Shown here piece by piece: positions 12,084-24,912 of a DNA stretch of 64,000 nucleotides. The stretch's first letter is position 1; each line of letters opens with the position of its first letter. The DNA lies in contig NC_043000.1 of NCBI RefSeq assembly GCF_006345805.1, positions 122,264,001 to 122,328,000 of the forward strand, read 5' to 3'. A model generated the notes under the pieces. The model ran no database searches. It was not told the DNA's origin and worked only from the letters and a program-made list of their open reading frames with translations. The stretch is from Octopus sinensis. Lineage: Eukaryota. Both the position numbers and the translations under genes were made by a program.

Positions 12084-13083
12084 CAAATCTCAGCCTTCTG
12101 TTACATCCAATAACGTTACACCGCGATATGTAGTGGCTATTTAAGCAGTAAGTTCGTGGATGATCACTGGATTAAATAGGCGTTGATGAAGGAGCAAAAA
12201 CTCCTGGAATATGGCATATACGCCTATGAACCATTTTTCCTCTACGATCTAAATGTTTGTTTACATCTGATGTCGCGGATACGAAACGTCGTAACAAAAA
12301 TCAGTACTGGATATAACTTCTAGTTAGAATCTCATATAAACTCCTGCTATCAATTCTTAATGACAATCGTCACTATTTTACTACTGCTATATATATTAGT
12401 TACTTACAGATTGAACCATAAAGGAACTCCAAAGAAATTGGAGAAAGCAGGTTTGTTGTCGACCTTGGCAGGTACTTAAATAATTATCTAACTGCGTGTC
12501 ATATCGCAATATAGCAACTTATAACGGGTTTCCGTCACTTTGTTTCTCTTTCACTCCTCTCTCACTCCTTCTCTTTCTGTCTCTCTTTGATATACAATAT
12601 TAATTCGGAGTTACTTCGTTGCTCAGTTCTGTTCACCACACGCTATTTCCTTCGAATCCTTATCATATTCGTCATCAACTCCAAAAGCACAAATTCTTTC
12701 GATCATGGCACCAATCTTGAGGGCTCACTAGCATAATATGCAACCTAAATACTTTGCACCAAATTTGCAGTGAACCCATGAAGAGATACGTCAAATATAT
12801 CTTGTAACTGGTTTATGTCAATGTATTCTCCTTCAGGAGTAACAAATAACTACAAAACCACTATTCATAACAAGAAACCGTCATCGCATACCACTACCGT
12901 TAAACTAATCACATTAAGCCTTAAGCGCCCCTGGGCACTTCAAATTTGATCAAACGATCAATATCGTTGAAATATTTATAGTCTTCTGTTGCAATGTATA
13001 GTTGGATTTTAATCTACTAATAGACTCAAATATGTCTTCAAATATGTCTTCCTATGTCAACCTGACTAATGGCCGCATTATTG

Positions 13084-13143
<60 letters not shown>

Positions 13144-13338
13144 AGTTGAAGCGTGGAAGGTGTTTATAAGGTCTGAAAGCGACGAAAATATTTTGACAAA
13201 TTAAATATAAATGTTGAAGTGAAACTAACGGTTTTTGTGTGTTTCTTAAATGGTTTATAAACACCTTCCACGATGCAATTGTTTTCGTTCCAGCACACGA
13301 TCTCAAATCAAATCACTCACTATGTAAGTACATCTCCG

Positions 13339-13398
<60 letters not shown>

Positions 13399-13864
13399 TT
13401 GCTTTGGTGTGTTTTATACGTATGATAACAAACGGCTGCACTATTCGAAATATACCATTGCTTAGGTACATTTTATGAATATGATACTAAGCCAAACACA
13501 CATCATCATTTTCCTACCTGAAAATAATAAAATGCTACTTGTTTGGCCTATAGAATTGTAAAATAAATGGAAGAATATTGCCTCGTCTAACACCTTTATT
13601 GGGCGCACATTTAAGTCATGAGGTTCTATAGGCAAATAATATCTTGACAGGTTTATAGTTTTTTCTCTCTTTTTTCCCTCTTTCTTGTATTATTGCAGGT
13701 TTCTTCCTTCGGTTGCAAATTCGGTGAAATCAAGCTCCGAATTCGCTCTTTCTAACATAGATTTTAACGATGTAATAGATATTATTCACACATTCTCACT
13801 CATTCATTCACTCTCTCCCTCTATCTCCCTGTCTTCCATGTTTTCCTTCTCTTCATCATCATCC

Positions 13865-13867
<3 letters not shown>

Positions 13868-13957
<90 letters not shown>
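13868..13957. repeat. (GT)n microsatellite
   Basis: Direct inspection. Confidence 0.95.
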
Positions 13958-13959
<2 letters not shown>

Positions 13960-14273
13960 CCGAGACAGAGAGAGTCAGTCAGTGGCATAGTTTGTTTTTG
14001 TCTGTTGCAGCAGTTAGACGTTTGTGGAAATATGAAATAACCAGAACTGCATCAGACGAAATAAACAAATTTTATATGTATGCGTGTGTATGTGTGCATG
14101 TGTGCATGTGCCTGTATTCACGTGTATGCATATAAATATATATATATATCAGTGTGTGTGTATGTGTGTGCGTGTATGTATGTATATATATAAAAATATA
14201 TATACCCATCCGAATTTTTGAGTACCTCATTTCTTTTAATATAAAATACCTGTACATCATCTCCATACCTTCT

Positions 14274-14308
<35 letters not shown>

Positions 14309-14375
14309 CGAATATATGCATATATGTGCATATATATATACGAATATATGTATATATATATATGTATGTATATAT

Positions 14376-14435
<60 letters not shown>

Positions 14436-15020
14436 GGTATTAATTTATATATAAATGTTTGTGTGTGTGTCTCTGTGTATGTTACATTTTATGTATATTT
14501 AGAAGTATAACGTATGTTTTATTGAAAACTAAGTTTATGAACCAGTACGTCTTATAACAATGAATTTTATTGTAATCAAAGCACATTTCTGAATAAATAT
14601 GCTGCATATTTTTATTTGCCAGTGTTGTGGAGAAATATTTCGACGAAGGTGAGGATACAATTATTCGGTTTTATAATCAAGTCTATGGATATAAAACACT
14701 GCACACACAACCATTTGCGATGTCAATAACCGACCTATTAACATTGATAGATGGGCAATGCGAACGTTTACTCTCCTACACACATGATGCCAAACGTCTA
14801 TAAATAATAGCCGAAATAAATATTGGCTGCTTAGCTGGTTTTTGCAGTGACACTTTACATTATATTGGGAGAATGGAAGACGCAGCGTAAAAGAGAAATA
14901 TAGAGTTTATGAATGAAGCAGGCTGAGTGCATATAATGGACTTGACTGCAGGCAATGAGTAAAGGGATGGTATGCACACAACTGGAGAGAAAGAGTCATG
15001 TAGCGGGAGGGAAGAATGAA

Positions 15021-15250
15021 GGGGGTGAGGTGGCAGAAATGTTAGCGCGTCGGTCGAAATGCTTACCGGTATTTCGTCTGTCTTTTTGTTCTGAGTTCAA
15101 ATTCCCCCGAGGTCGACTTTACCTTTCATCCTTTCGAGGTCGATAAATTAAGTACCAGTTACGCACTGGGGTCGATGTAATCGACTTAATCCGTTTGTCT
15201 GCCCTATGTCTGTTCCCTCTCCGTTTAGCCCCTTGTGGGCAATAAAGAAA
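15021..15250 (+). mobile_element. tRNA-derived SINE, family B, monomer
   Basis: Head ggtgaggtggcagaaatgttagc, ctgagttcaaattcc B-box-like segment, tail gccccttgtgggcaataaagaaa. Confidence 0.85.
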
Positions 15251-15419
15251 CAGGAAGGGAAGAGTGAAGGAGAAGGCATACATTTGAGAATAGTTATGGA
15301 AGAAATTATACAAATACGAAATATTTTGTTGAATTATATATTATACTAATAAATATTTTTACTTTTGAAAACCATAATACAATTCAGCATCTTGTATATG
15401 CACGAAGGACTTTGATATA

Positions 15420-15642
15420 CGTGTGTGTGTATATGTTTGTGTGTGTGTTTGTCCCCCAACATCGCTTGACAGCAGATGCTGGTGTGTTTACGTTCCCGTA
15501 ACTTAGCGGTTCGGCAAGAGAGCCCGATAGAATAAGTACTAGGCTTTCATAGAATATGTCCTAGGGTTGATTTGCTCGACTAAAGGCGGTGCTCCAGCAT
15601 GGCCACATCCAAATGACTGAAACATGTAAAAGGGTAAAAGAG
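15420..15642 (+). mobile_element. SINE family A, 3' half
   Basis: Matches the 3' half of 10360-10797. Confidence 0.8.
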
Positions 15643-16024
15643 TATACCTTCTTTCCTGATATTACGTATAGTAGGAAAACTATACTTTTAAATTTCCCTC
15701 TTATATAAGAGCCACTATGAACTAAGATTAATACCAATATTTTGCTACACAAAGCATGACCATCATGCATATTGGACATGTAAATAACAATGTGGTGTAA
15801 TCTGCTCGACCTTCTTCAGTTACATAGAATGAATGTAAAGTACATGGGAACACTTTATGTTGGAGATAAAGATTATCTTTTGGTATTAATAGCGCTTCTA
15901 TTACTATTATTATTTTTAAATAAGTCCACTAACTACTTGCAGCACCAGTGCCTGTATAGATACAGATATTCTATATACTATTGATGGGAGATCCAGCTGC
16001 TATGCCGCTGCTACTCATCTACCA

Positions 16025-16262
16025 TTGAGGAAACCGTAAAAGGTTGAAACCGCGTCATCTGGTAGTTTCGGCATCCATAGCAGACGATTCTCGGCTCTCA
16101 ACGATATAATGACGAGTGCTTTTATGCACCCAGTCAACCAAATCCACTCACAAGGCTTTAGTCGGCATGAGACTGTAGTAAAAGACAGTTGCCGAATTGT
16201 CACGAAGTGGAACTGAACCCGGAACTATGTGCTTGGGAATCAAATATGTTACCACACAACCA
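16025..16262 (-). mobile_element. SINE with family-A head and a different 3' part, decayed
   Basis: aaatccactcacaaggctttagtcggc...gaactgaacccggaac is the reverse complement of the family-A 5' half; the distal part differs. Confidence 0.65.
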
Positions 16263-17111
16263 ACTTTCTATGTATTAGATTAATCTAAAAGTTGTGCTTC
16301 CCAAATCATCAGGAATATTGCGTTATGTTAATCGAATTTTTACTAGTTTAAATACCAGTATATGCACATATATAAATATGAGAGTGGATGTATATGTGAA
16401 TGTTATATTTAGCAGTATAGATGAAAAATATGAAAAGAAATCAAAAACGAAATAACCTTTAAAAAAATTGCTTTTCATAGACATTTTTCACATGAACATT
16501 TTGCAGATCTTTTAAAATTTAATATTTATGTATTTGGTGCTAAACAGTTATTAAATTTTCTGTCTCCTTTTGCCTCAACTGATTGTTACAAAAGTAATTT
16601 TGTACAATATTACTTTGAAAGTTTGACATTAATATATTTAAATTATTATGTAGTTTACATACAATTTAATAGCCATAAATGTACAAAAAATTTACATGAG
16701 CTTTCAAATTACTGTTCTTTGTCGTCCATGTCATTTTTAACTTTTCTAAAATAAATGCCAAAGCGTTGGTCGTATAATAACTGTATCATAATTTAATCAC
16801 TAATAATTTAATTATAAATTTAACGAGCAGAATCGTTAGTGCGGGATTTCTCTGGCGTTTTATTTTATGAGTAAATATAGCCAAGCTTAGCTTTGGTTCC
16901 CATCGTTTTGGGTGCGATAAATAAGATGCCAGCCTAGTACTGAGATCTGTGGTGTCGACTACTCTCACTGGTTTGCAAATGCTAGCGTCGTGATTAAATC
17001 AGAAACAACCACAATAACGATTCTTTCTTTCTTTCTTTCTTTCTTCTTCTTCTTCTTCTTCTTCTTATTCTTATTCTTCTTCTTCTTATTATTATTATTA
17101 TTATTATTATT

Positions 17112-17561
17112 GAGTGAGAGAGCAGTGCATGCCATCAAAGTGACACTGGGGTAAAATATACGAAGCTCAGTATACCCAACATGACTACCCGTCTGATAAG
17201 GGTACACCAGGCACATGCATCACAACCATATGTGCGCGATATGGTGAACTCATATCAAGATAAACGGCACATGACCTTGCAGGTGGGGCCCAGTTAGCAT
17301 TTTCTTCTGGTCGAGTAACCATCCTGCTGAAAAGGTCCCTGAATAAGGATGTTGAACGAACCACCCATGTTTCCAAAGTTGAATTATCCAAACCTCTAAG
17401 AATTCCTTTCGGCTATGATGCTCCCCCACTACTTCAGCTTGTGATCAGAGATGCACATATTGTCAGCCACTAAGGGACATGCTCAACTGGTTAAGGTGAA
17501 ACAAATGACAAGCGAATCTGTGGTATTGCGCAGAATATTTGCTGTAGCCCATCTTTTATAC

Positions 17562-17562
<1 letters not shown>
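17112..17562 (-). mobile_element. Non-coding ~450-bp interspersed element bounded on both sides by (TTA)n, probably a non-autonomous retroelement
   Basis: GC-richer block with sharp boundaries into (TTA)n at both ends and no meaningful ORF. Orientation inferred from the adjacent R4-type elements. Confidence 0.55.
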
Positions 17563-17624
<62 letters not shown>

Positions 17625-17644
17625 CATTATTATTATTATTACTT

Positions 17645-20195
17645 TTTTTTTTCTTCTTTCAAATTTTCTTCCATTTCTTGCCGAGTGTCTTCCCGACTCC
17701 TAGGGCAAAGAAACTCATAGTGTATATTGGTAGGCCATTAAACCAAACTCAGTAGTTCGTTAATTTTTTTTTAATTTTTTTATTATTTTTTTTAAGTTAA
17801 ATTAAAATACATGAGCAGCAACAGTTCTCACATCGACAATGCTCTTCTCAATACGTGTGATGTACCAGTTAAGACAATCTTTTGCACTTCTTGCAGGGAT
17901 GGTAAGTCAGGGATCATTCTCATATAATTTTCGGTTCCCTTCTTGATCATTCCTAGTGCTCCTACGATCACTGGTATTGTAACCGCCTTGAGATGCCACA
18001 TTTTCTCAATTTCAATGAGTAGGTCTTTATATTTTCTGAGCTTGTCAAACTCTTTCGCTGAGATATTATGATCACAGGGGATGCTCATGTCGATCAATAA
18101 GCAAACTTTATTGTTTTGGTCTTTCACAACAATATCTGGTTTATTGGCCTTGATGGTTCGGTCTGTATGTACTGAATGTCTGTGGGACTGAAAGTCCCAC
18201 AGAATGGTTACATTTTCTCCTTCAGTTACAGCCTCAGGGTGGTGATTATACCACTTGTCGGCAGTTTTGATATTGTAATGCCGACTTATTAGCCAGTGGA
18301 GATATTGGCCAACTCTGTCATGTCTTAATTTATACTCCACTGGTGCTAAGACTTTACATCCAGAGATTAGGTGGTCCACTGTTTTAATCATGTCGTTGCA
18401 GAATCGGCATTTTGGGTCTGCTCCATTTTTCATCACATTGGCCTGGTAGTTCCGGGTTAATAGGCTTTGGTCTTGAGCAGCCAGGATGAAACCTTCGCTC
18501 TCTGCTTTTAGCCCTGAGCTCCGCAGCCACTGATGGGTTTGCTTCTGGTCAACATCAGCTTGTTTGCTGCGGGTCACATATTTGCCGTGCAGAGGTTTCT
18601 CCTCCCACCTATCAGCCAATTGCTCGTGCGCTTTTTTCATTGCCATCATTTTCACCTTCTTTGCAACAATAGTTGCCGTACTTCCCTCGGGTTGTTCAGT
18701 TTGGGTATCCTGCACGAGATCAATAGCAATGTTTTTGCTTTCCTTGATGATAGAATGAAGCTTCTTTCGTCTCTCGTGATTTTCCAGTCATTCGATATTT
18801 CGAGATATTTGGCCAGTCCAATTGTGGTTGTTTTGTAAGCTAGTTCAAATTGGATCAGGCCTCGACCTCCTTGGGCTCTGGGAAGGTAAAGGCGATCTAC
18901 GTCTGCCTTTGGGTGGTGCATCCTATTACAACTCAGCAGCTTGCGTATTTTTCTATCTATATTCTTTACTTCACTCATATTCCAGTTCAACACATTGTAG
19001 CTATAAGTAACAACTGGAACTGCTAAGGAGTTTATAGCTAACACCTTGTTACGTGCATTTAGTTCAGATTTCAGGACTGCACGAACTCTCCTATAACATT
19101 CCTTCCTGATTTTCTCTTTCATGCTTGCATGCTGAATACCAGAGCCTTCATTTATCCCTAAATATTTGTATGTCTGTTCTTGCTCAAGCTCTCTTATGAC
19201 TGTGTCAACATCTAACACGACTGAATTTGTGGTCTTCACTTTCCCTTTCTGGAAAGTGGCCTTGGCACACTTCTCAAGTCCAAACTCCATCCCGATGTCA
19301 TCGCTGAATGCTTTCACGGTGCGCGATAGGCCTTCAAGTTCATTATTGTCTTTACCATAAAGTTTTAAGTCATCCATATAAAATAGATGGCTTATTTTTT
19401 TATTGGCAATTTTATACCCATACCCTGTTCTGTTTAATTCACTTGTAAGGGGTATTAGGGCTATGCAGAATATTAAAGGTGAAAGTGAGTCACCTTGAAA
19501 AATTCCACAGTTGATGTTATATTTTCTGAGGCAAGTACTCCATTAGAGTGATATAATTGGAGATTCGTATTCCACAACGACATATTGTGCTTCAGGAAGT
19601 TTGAAATCACAGGGGAAATTTTAAAGATGTCCAGCGATCTCAAGATCCATGGATGCGGTATACTGTCGAAGGCCTTTTTATAGTCAATCCATGCGGTGCT
19701 GAGATTTCTGCGCTTGTTGTGACAGTTCTCAAGGATCATACGATTGATTAGCAGTTGATCTTTGCATCCGTAAGAGCCTCGGCGGCACCCTTTTTGTTCA
19801 ATGGGGAAAATATCGTTCTTCTCCATGAATGCATATGTTTTCTCCGCCAGGATAGATGTTAGGATTTTATACGTGGTGGATAGACAGGTTATAGGCCGAT
19901 AGCTTTTTGGAAGGTTGGTTTCGTTATCCTTTGGGAGTAGGTAAGTAATGCCACTTGCTAACCATTCAGGTGTTTTCTTTGGGTCTCTCAAAATTCCATT
20001 GAGCAGCTGAACTAGCTTACCGTGTGCGCACGGGAGCGATGCGAGCCAGAAATTCGGCACCCTATCTTTACCGAGGGATTTCCAATTATGGGCCTTCGTG
20101 AGTGCCTTTCTTAGGTCTGCTATTGTGATGTCTTCCCAAGCTTGTTGTTGTAAATTTTGGTAGGATCCTTCAGTTTGTATAATCCAGTCTGCATT
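17645..20195 (-). mobile_element. R4/Dong-clade non-LTR retrotransposon (RT + CCHC + restriction-like endonuclease), 5'-truncated, two frameshifts
   Basis: YRPITCLSTTYKIL, DYKKAFDSIPH, GIFQGDSLSPL, FYMDDLKLY, CRFC...DHLISGC, KPDIV...LLIDMSIP...KLRKYKDL, ending VLRRALSM* at 17828; flanked by (TAA)n. Confidence 0.92.
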
Positions 20196-20229
20196 TATTA
20201 TTATTATATTATTATTATTATTATTATTA

Positions 20230-20271
<42 letters not shown>

Positions 20272-20284
20272 GTTGTCATTATTA

Positions 20285-20620
20285 TTTAAGACGTTACACG
20301 GTATCTAATAAAGTGATGTTGTTGATTGAAGTTCTTATGCCTAGCGGGGATTTGTCCTGTCTGTCAAGTCACCACAAGTACTTCAGACAGACATAACCTT
20401 ACGCAATACGCGTGCAGTTCCAAGTAATGCTGATTTTTGCAATACGCCTAGATTGTAAGGTTTTTCTAAACTTTCCAGATATTTCTTCAGCTTGTGTGGT
20501 ATTGAACTTAATGCTCCGATGACCATAGGGAAAACCTTTATGTTTGACTCACGTAGCTGCCACAACTTAGCGATCTCAAAATCTCAGATCTCTATATTTA
20601 TCAGTCGTTTCTCTTGCTTT
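20285..20620 (-). mobile_element. 3' end of a second, divergent R4/Dong-type element
   Basis: ORF 20383-20565 PMVIGALSSIPHKL...LQKSALLGTARVLRKVMSV parallels the C-terminus of the 17828 element (PVIVGALG...VLTGTSHVLRRAL). Confidence 0.8.
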
Positions 20621-20647
20621 CAAATTAATATGTTGATCGCCTAGTGA

Positions 20648-20970
20648 TTTCTGTCGTTGGACGTAGGGTCCGGTGAAAGTGCTCGGAGTCTGGTTCAGAC
20701 CAGATCTTCAGGTAGATAGGAACTAGGAAGAGATCATGACTAAGGTGGCCAAACTCACCCAGAAATGGGCAGGAAGGAAGCTGTTGCTGAATGGCCGGGC
20801 TGAAAGAGCGAATCCATATATCGCCGCATAGACGTCGTACATTATCCTAAGAAAACTCTGACCAGATTGGAACACTTAATTTTCCCGTGTTTTATGGAAA
20901 GGTCAGGTTAGGTTAGAAAATCCATCTGCTGTCAACACCCACACCGTGGAGGTCTTGAGGTGCCATACTT
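20648..20970 (+). mobile_element. L1/Tx1-clade ORF2 fragment (post-RT region), decayed
   Basis: Manual translation RWT*GPVKVLGVWFRPDLQVDRN*EEIMTKVAKLTQKWAGRKLLLNGRAERANPYI, and later SICCQHPHRGGLEVP. Confidence 0.7.
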
Positions 20971-23159
20971 ATCCTACCGCACCACTTCCGTCTTTCTTGA
21001 CTTCCTGTCATCTACTTTAGCTCCTCCTCTGTCCACTTCAGGATTCCAGTGCCATAGCAAACTACTGAAACTGCGTGCGAGTTTATTGCCGAAGTTATAT
21101 CTCTGACACTCAGCTTTGAAGTCCTGAGTTCTAGATCCGCCAAGGACGAGTATTTCCTTCGCCCTTTCGGTGATAAATGAAACGAACACCAATTAAGTAC
21201 TGAGGTGGATACAATGGATTTACGCTATCCCTGAAACTGCTGCTCTCATACCAAAATTTGAAATTATTATTGTTATTAGAATTAGTAGAAGCAGCAGAAG
21301 TAGTTGGTTGTGTTGCTGCTACTGATACTGATGCTACTGCAATAAGTGATAGAAATGGTAGCTTTCAATTATTTTGTAATCTACATCTAGCTGAATATTG
21401 CCCATCTACTTCAATTTATCTCTTTCAAAATGTGTAATTTACTCCTTTATGTATGAAAATATAAACTGCATGGGAAGACAGATTCCGCAGCATTTGAAAT
21501 GACATTACAAGCCCAAATACTGGGGCGATATTTCGATGTTGAAAAGAGCGCTTTTAGTGCTTTCCAACTCGTTGTTTGGTGTTAGGACCTTCAAACACTA
21601 GAAGCATTATCATGTATGCACATGCATGTGCTACATTATATGTATGTAAATAAATGTGTATGTGTACGAGATCCACAGCACACAAGCACATGCGCGCACG
21701 CAAGCGTGTCTGTGCACATATTTATATTTATAGTTCTGAGGTTCGGGTGGCGTAAATCTGAATAAAATCTTTAAGAGATTATGGATGCTATGAATAATCT
21801 TTTGAAATAAATTAAATTTTATTTTTGTTGTTGTTGTTGTTGCTGCTGTGGTTGTGGTTATGGTTGTTGTTATTGTTGTCGTTGAAGGAGCAGTTTAACG
21901 TCGTTATCACACTGATCCATTCTCTCCAACCAACGGATCTCTGGATTCATTTGTTTCACATCCCAAGGAAAGAGAATCAGGCATCTCTGAAGTTGTCAAC
22001 CGTCAGCCATCAGAAATGAAAAGAGAGAAATGTGAGAGAGAAATACATGAGAGGCAAGTCATGTAAAAACGACTCAATTGGGAATGAAAACTGCATGAAA
22101 TAAATTACTTCCCAGGAACTTGATTTCACTTTATAATAAGTGTACATGCACTGAAAAAATCGATTACAATTATTTTACAACTTAATTAAAGAAATAAATC
22201 TAACAGTCACGAATTGATCGATTATAATGAGTGCATCGCCGTGTTGGTCATAATATTTAAATATTATTACACCAACATTATTTCTGATTTTTCTCTCAAA
22301 TATTTCACCGTGGTGTCAGTGATGCAAATATTTTGCTAGTCATCTCTTCTAATATTTCTGGCCGAATAACGAAACTGCATTGCTAGTCATTTGAATTTTT
22401 CCAAGAATGTAATTTGTACTAATGTTATAATTTCTGTCATGTTATCTCCGAATTATTCATGTACCATTCTCCTCAGGAACATAAAAGAAAGCATGGATAT
22501 CAAGCCGTCCAGAATTAAAGCACTGCGCCAAACACTTCAAACAGAAATATCTTAGCATCATCATTCTATGGAGGAAACAATAAATAAATTAATACATGAC
22601 ACCGCATCGGTGTTCCATATGAAATAAATTATTCAGTTTCTCAGGGTGGTAAATTATAATTCAGAGTCAGCAATGAGTTTTAGTTCCGTTTGAGTAGCGA
22701 TAATAAACGTTCGAAGTTGGTTTTACTGAGTATTATCACGCATGCTTTAAGAGAGGACTATATTGCGTCCAATTAAATTCAGTTTGGAGAAACTCCATGC
22801 AGTAGTTTCAATTTAGTTTTTATTTGTAGACATTTATCTGGCAGCAATCATACACGAGCAGGTTAACCAATCATACAGTAATGATCTTGATCAGTTCAAT
22901 GATCGAATATTCGCAACAGCAACTTCGATATGTCGATAAACATGTGAGTAAAACCGATGCAGCCGGGTATATTTTCAATAAGGTACTTAAAATTGTAGGT
23001 GTAATTTAAATTCATATATGTGCATCTCTATATACTCGTATAAATATACATTTCACCGTATATATGTACAGGCATGTCTATTATTTATATACGTATATAT
23101 GTATAAATATATATATGTGTGTGTGTGTGCGTGTATAAGTATGCGTGCGTGTGTGCATG

Positions 23160-23193
<34 letters not shown>

Positions 23194-23328
23194 TATATAA
23201 ATATATATATATATACTTATATATATATATTGGTAAAAACGGTAAGATAATAAAAGAAAGAAAGAGACCTCAATATTATGTAAATAGATGAAATATTGGG
23301 CTATTGAATAATTGTCACATATTAGTTG

Positions 23329-23397
<69 letters not shown>

Positions 23398-24051
23398 CAA
23401 AATAAGAAAATGGAGAAATACACCTTAATCAATAATTAACTACCAGATAATACCCAATCACATAATTTATTAACCAACTACATATGAACATCAAGGTCAA
23501 ACATAATAGTACAGAACAAAACAATGCACATCAATGAGTAATATGATACAATAAGTACAATATGTATAAATAAATATAAATAAATATAAATATAAATATA
23601 AACTACATCTTACAGCTGTAGATATGAGTATCTCATTATGCTGATATTAGCAAGGTGTGATAAGTTAATATGTGGTTATAAATGAGACACAAAAATATCC
23701 CAAGGCCTCTTCAGAGATTATAAAGTACAATCTAAATATGAATATCAGAGAAGGTACACCCATACAAGAATGGGTACATACACATAATATATAATATACA
23801 CATACATATAAGTGTATATACCCATGCTCCTATATATATATCCACATATACATAATAGTATATAATAATATACATACATATATTCAAGGTTACAGTTAGT
23901 CAAATCAATATATTAGAATATTACAATATACAAACATACACATATCAATATGCAGATGTTCATATACAAAGTCAAGTGTTCATTATACTAAGTTACAAAA
24001 TGCCATTAATATTACTATCATTATCATTATTATTACCATTATTATTATTAT

Positions 24052-24100
<49 letters not shown>

Positions 24101-24862
24101 AATAATACCGGTAAAACAATATGTGCATCACGCGGTTCACAGTACATATTAGGTGGAAAAAATCAGATAGAATACAGCAGCATAATATAGTGAAAAAGCA
24201 ACATAATAATAACAACAGTTTATATTTATATTTATTTATATTTATTTATACATATTGTACTTATTGTATCATATTACTCATTGATGTGCATTATTTTGTT
24301 CCGTACTATTATGTTTGACCTTGATGTTCATATGTAGTTGGTTAATAAATTATGTGATTGGGTATTATCTGGTAGTTGATTATTGATTAAGGTGTATTTC
24401 TCCATTTTCTTATTTTGTATTATAAATTTGTGGTAAAACATTTTACCTTCGCCCATATAATACAATAAAAAAAATAATTGCATCGTAATTCTTAACATTT
24501 TGTATTAACTTTGTTGGATGTTTTACTGGCAGTATATTGGATATATGTTTTCCCATGGTGGGTTGCACTCACAACCCCTATCTGAAGTTATATATATATA
24601 TAAATATATATATTTATATATATACATGTAGAATATCTATTTTCCCGAAACTCTGGATGCAAAAGCATTCCGGATTAGTGATCTTTCCGAAGGAAGGCTT
24701 GTCATGTTGGTCAACAAAATCTGAATTAGGGAAATATTCCACTTACGTAAGTAATTAAATGAAATATCGAATATTAGCGTACATTAGTACATTAGTGAGT
24801 TTCCAGACAATAAATGTGCGGAATTTATTCATACATATGCATATACATACACACACACACAC

Positions 24863-24911
<49 letters not shown>

Positions 24912-24912
<1 letters not shown>

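Noticed and set aside
22477-22600. Acceptor followed by short coding-looking frames (EHKRKHGYQAVQN* or NIKESMDIKPSRIKALRQ...*); similar cases at 30301, 46615 and 52966
   Set aside because: No good donor or recognisable protein; such acceptors are common by chance in AT-rich DNA.
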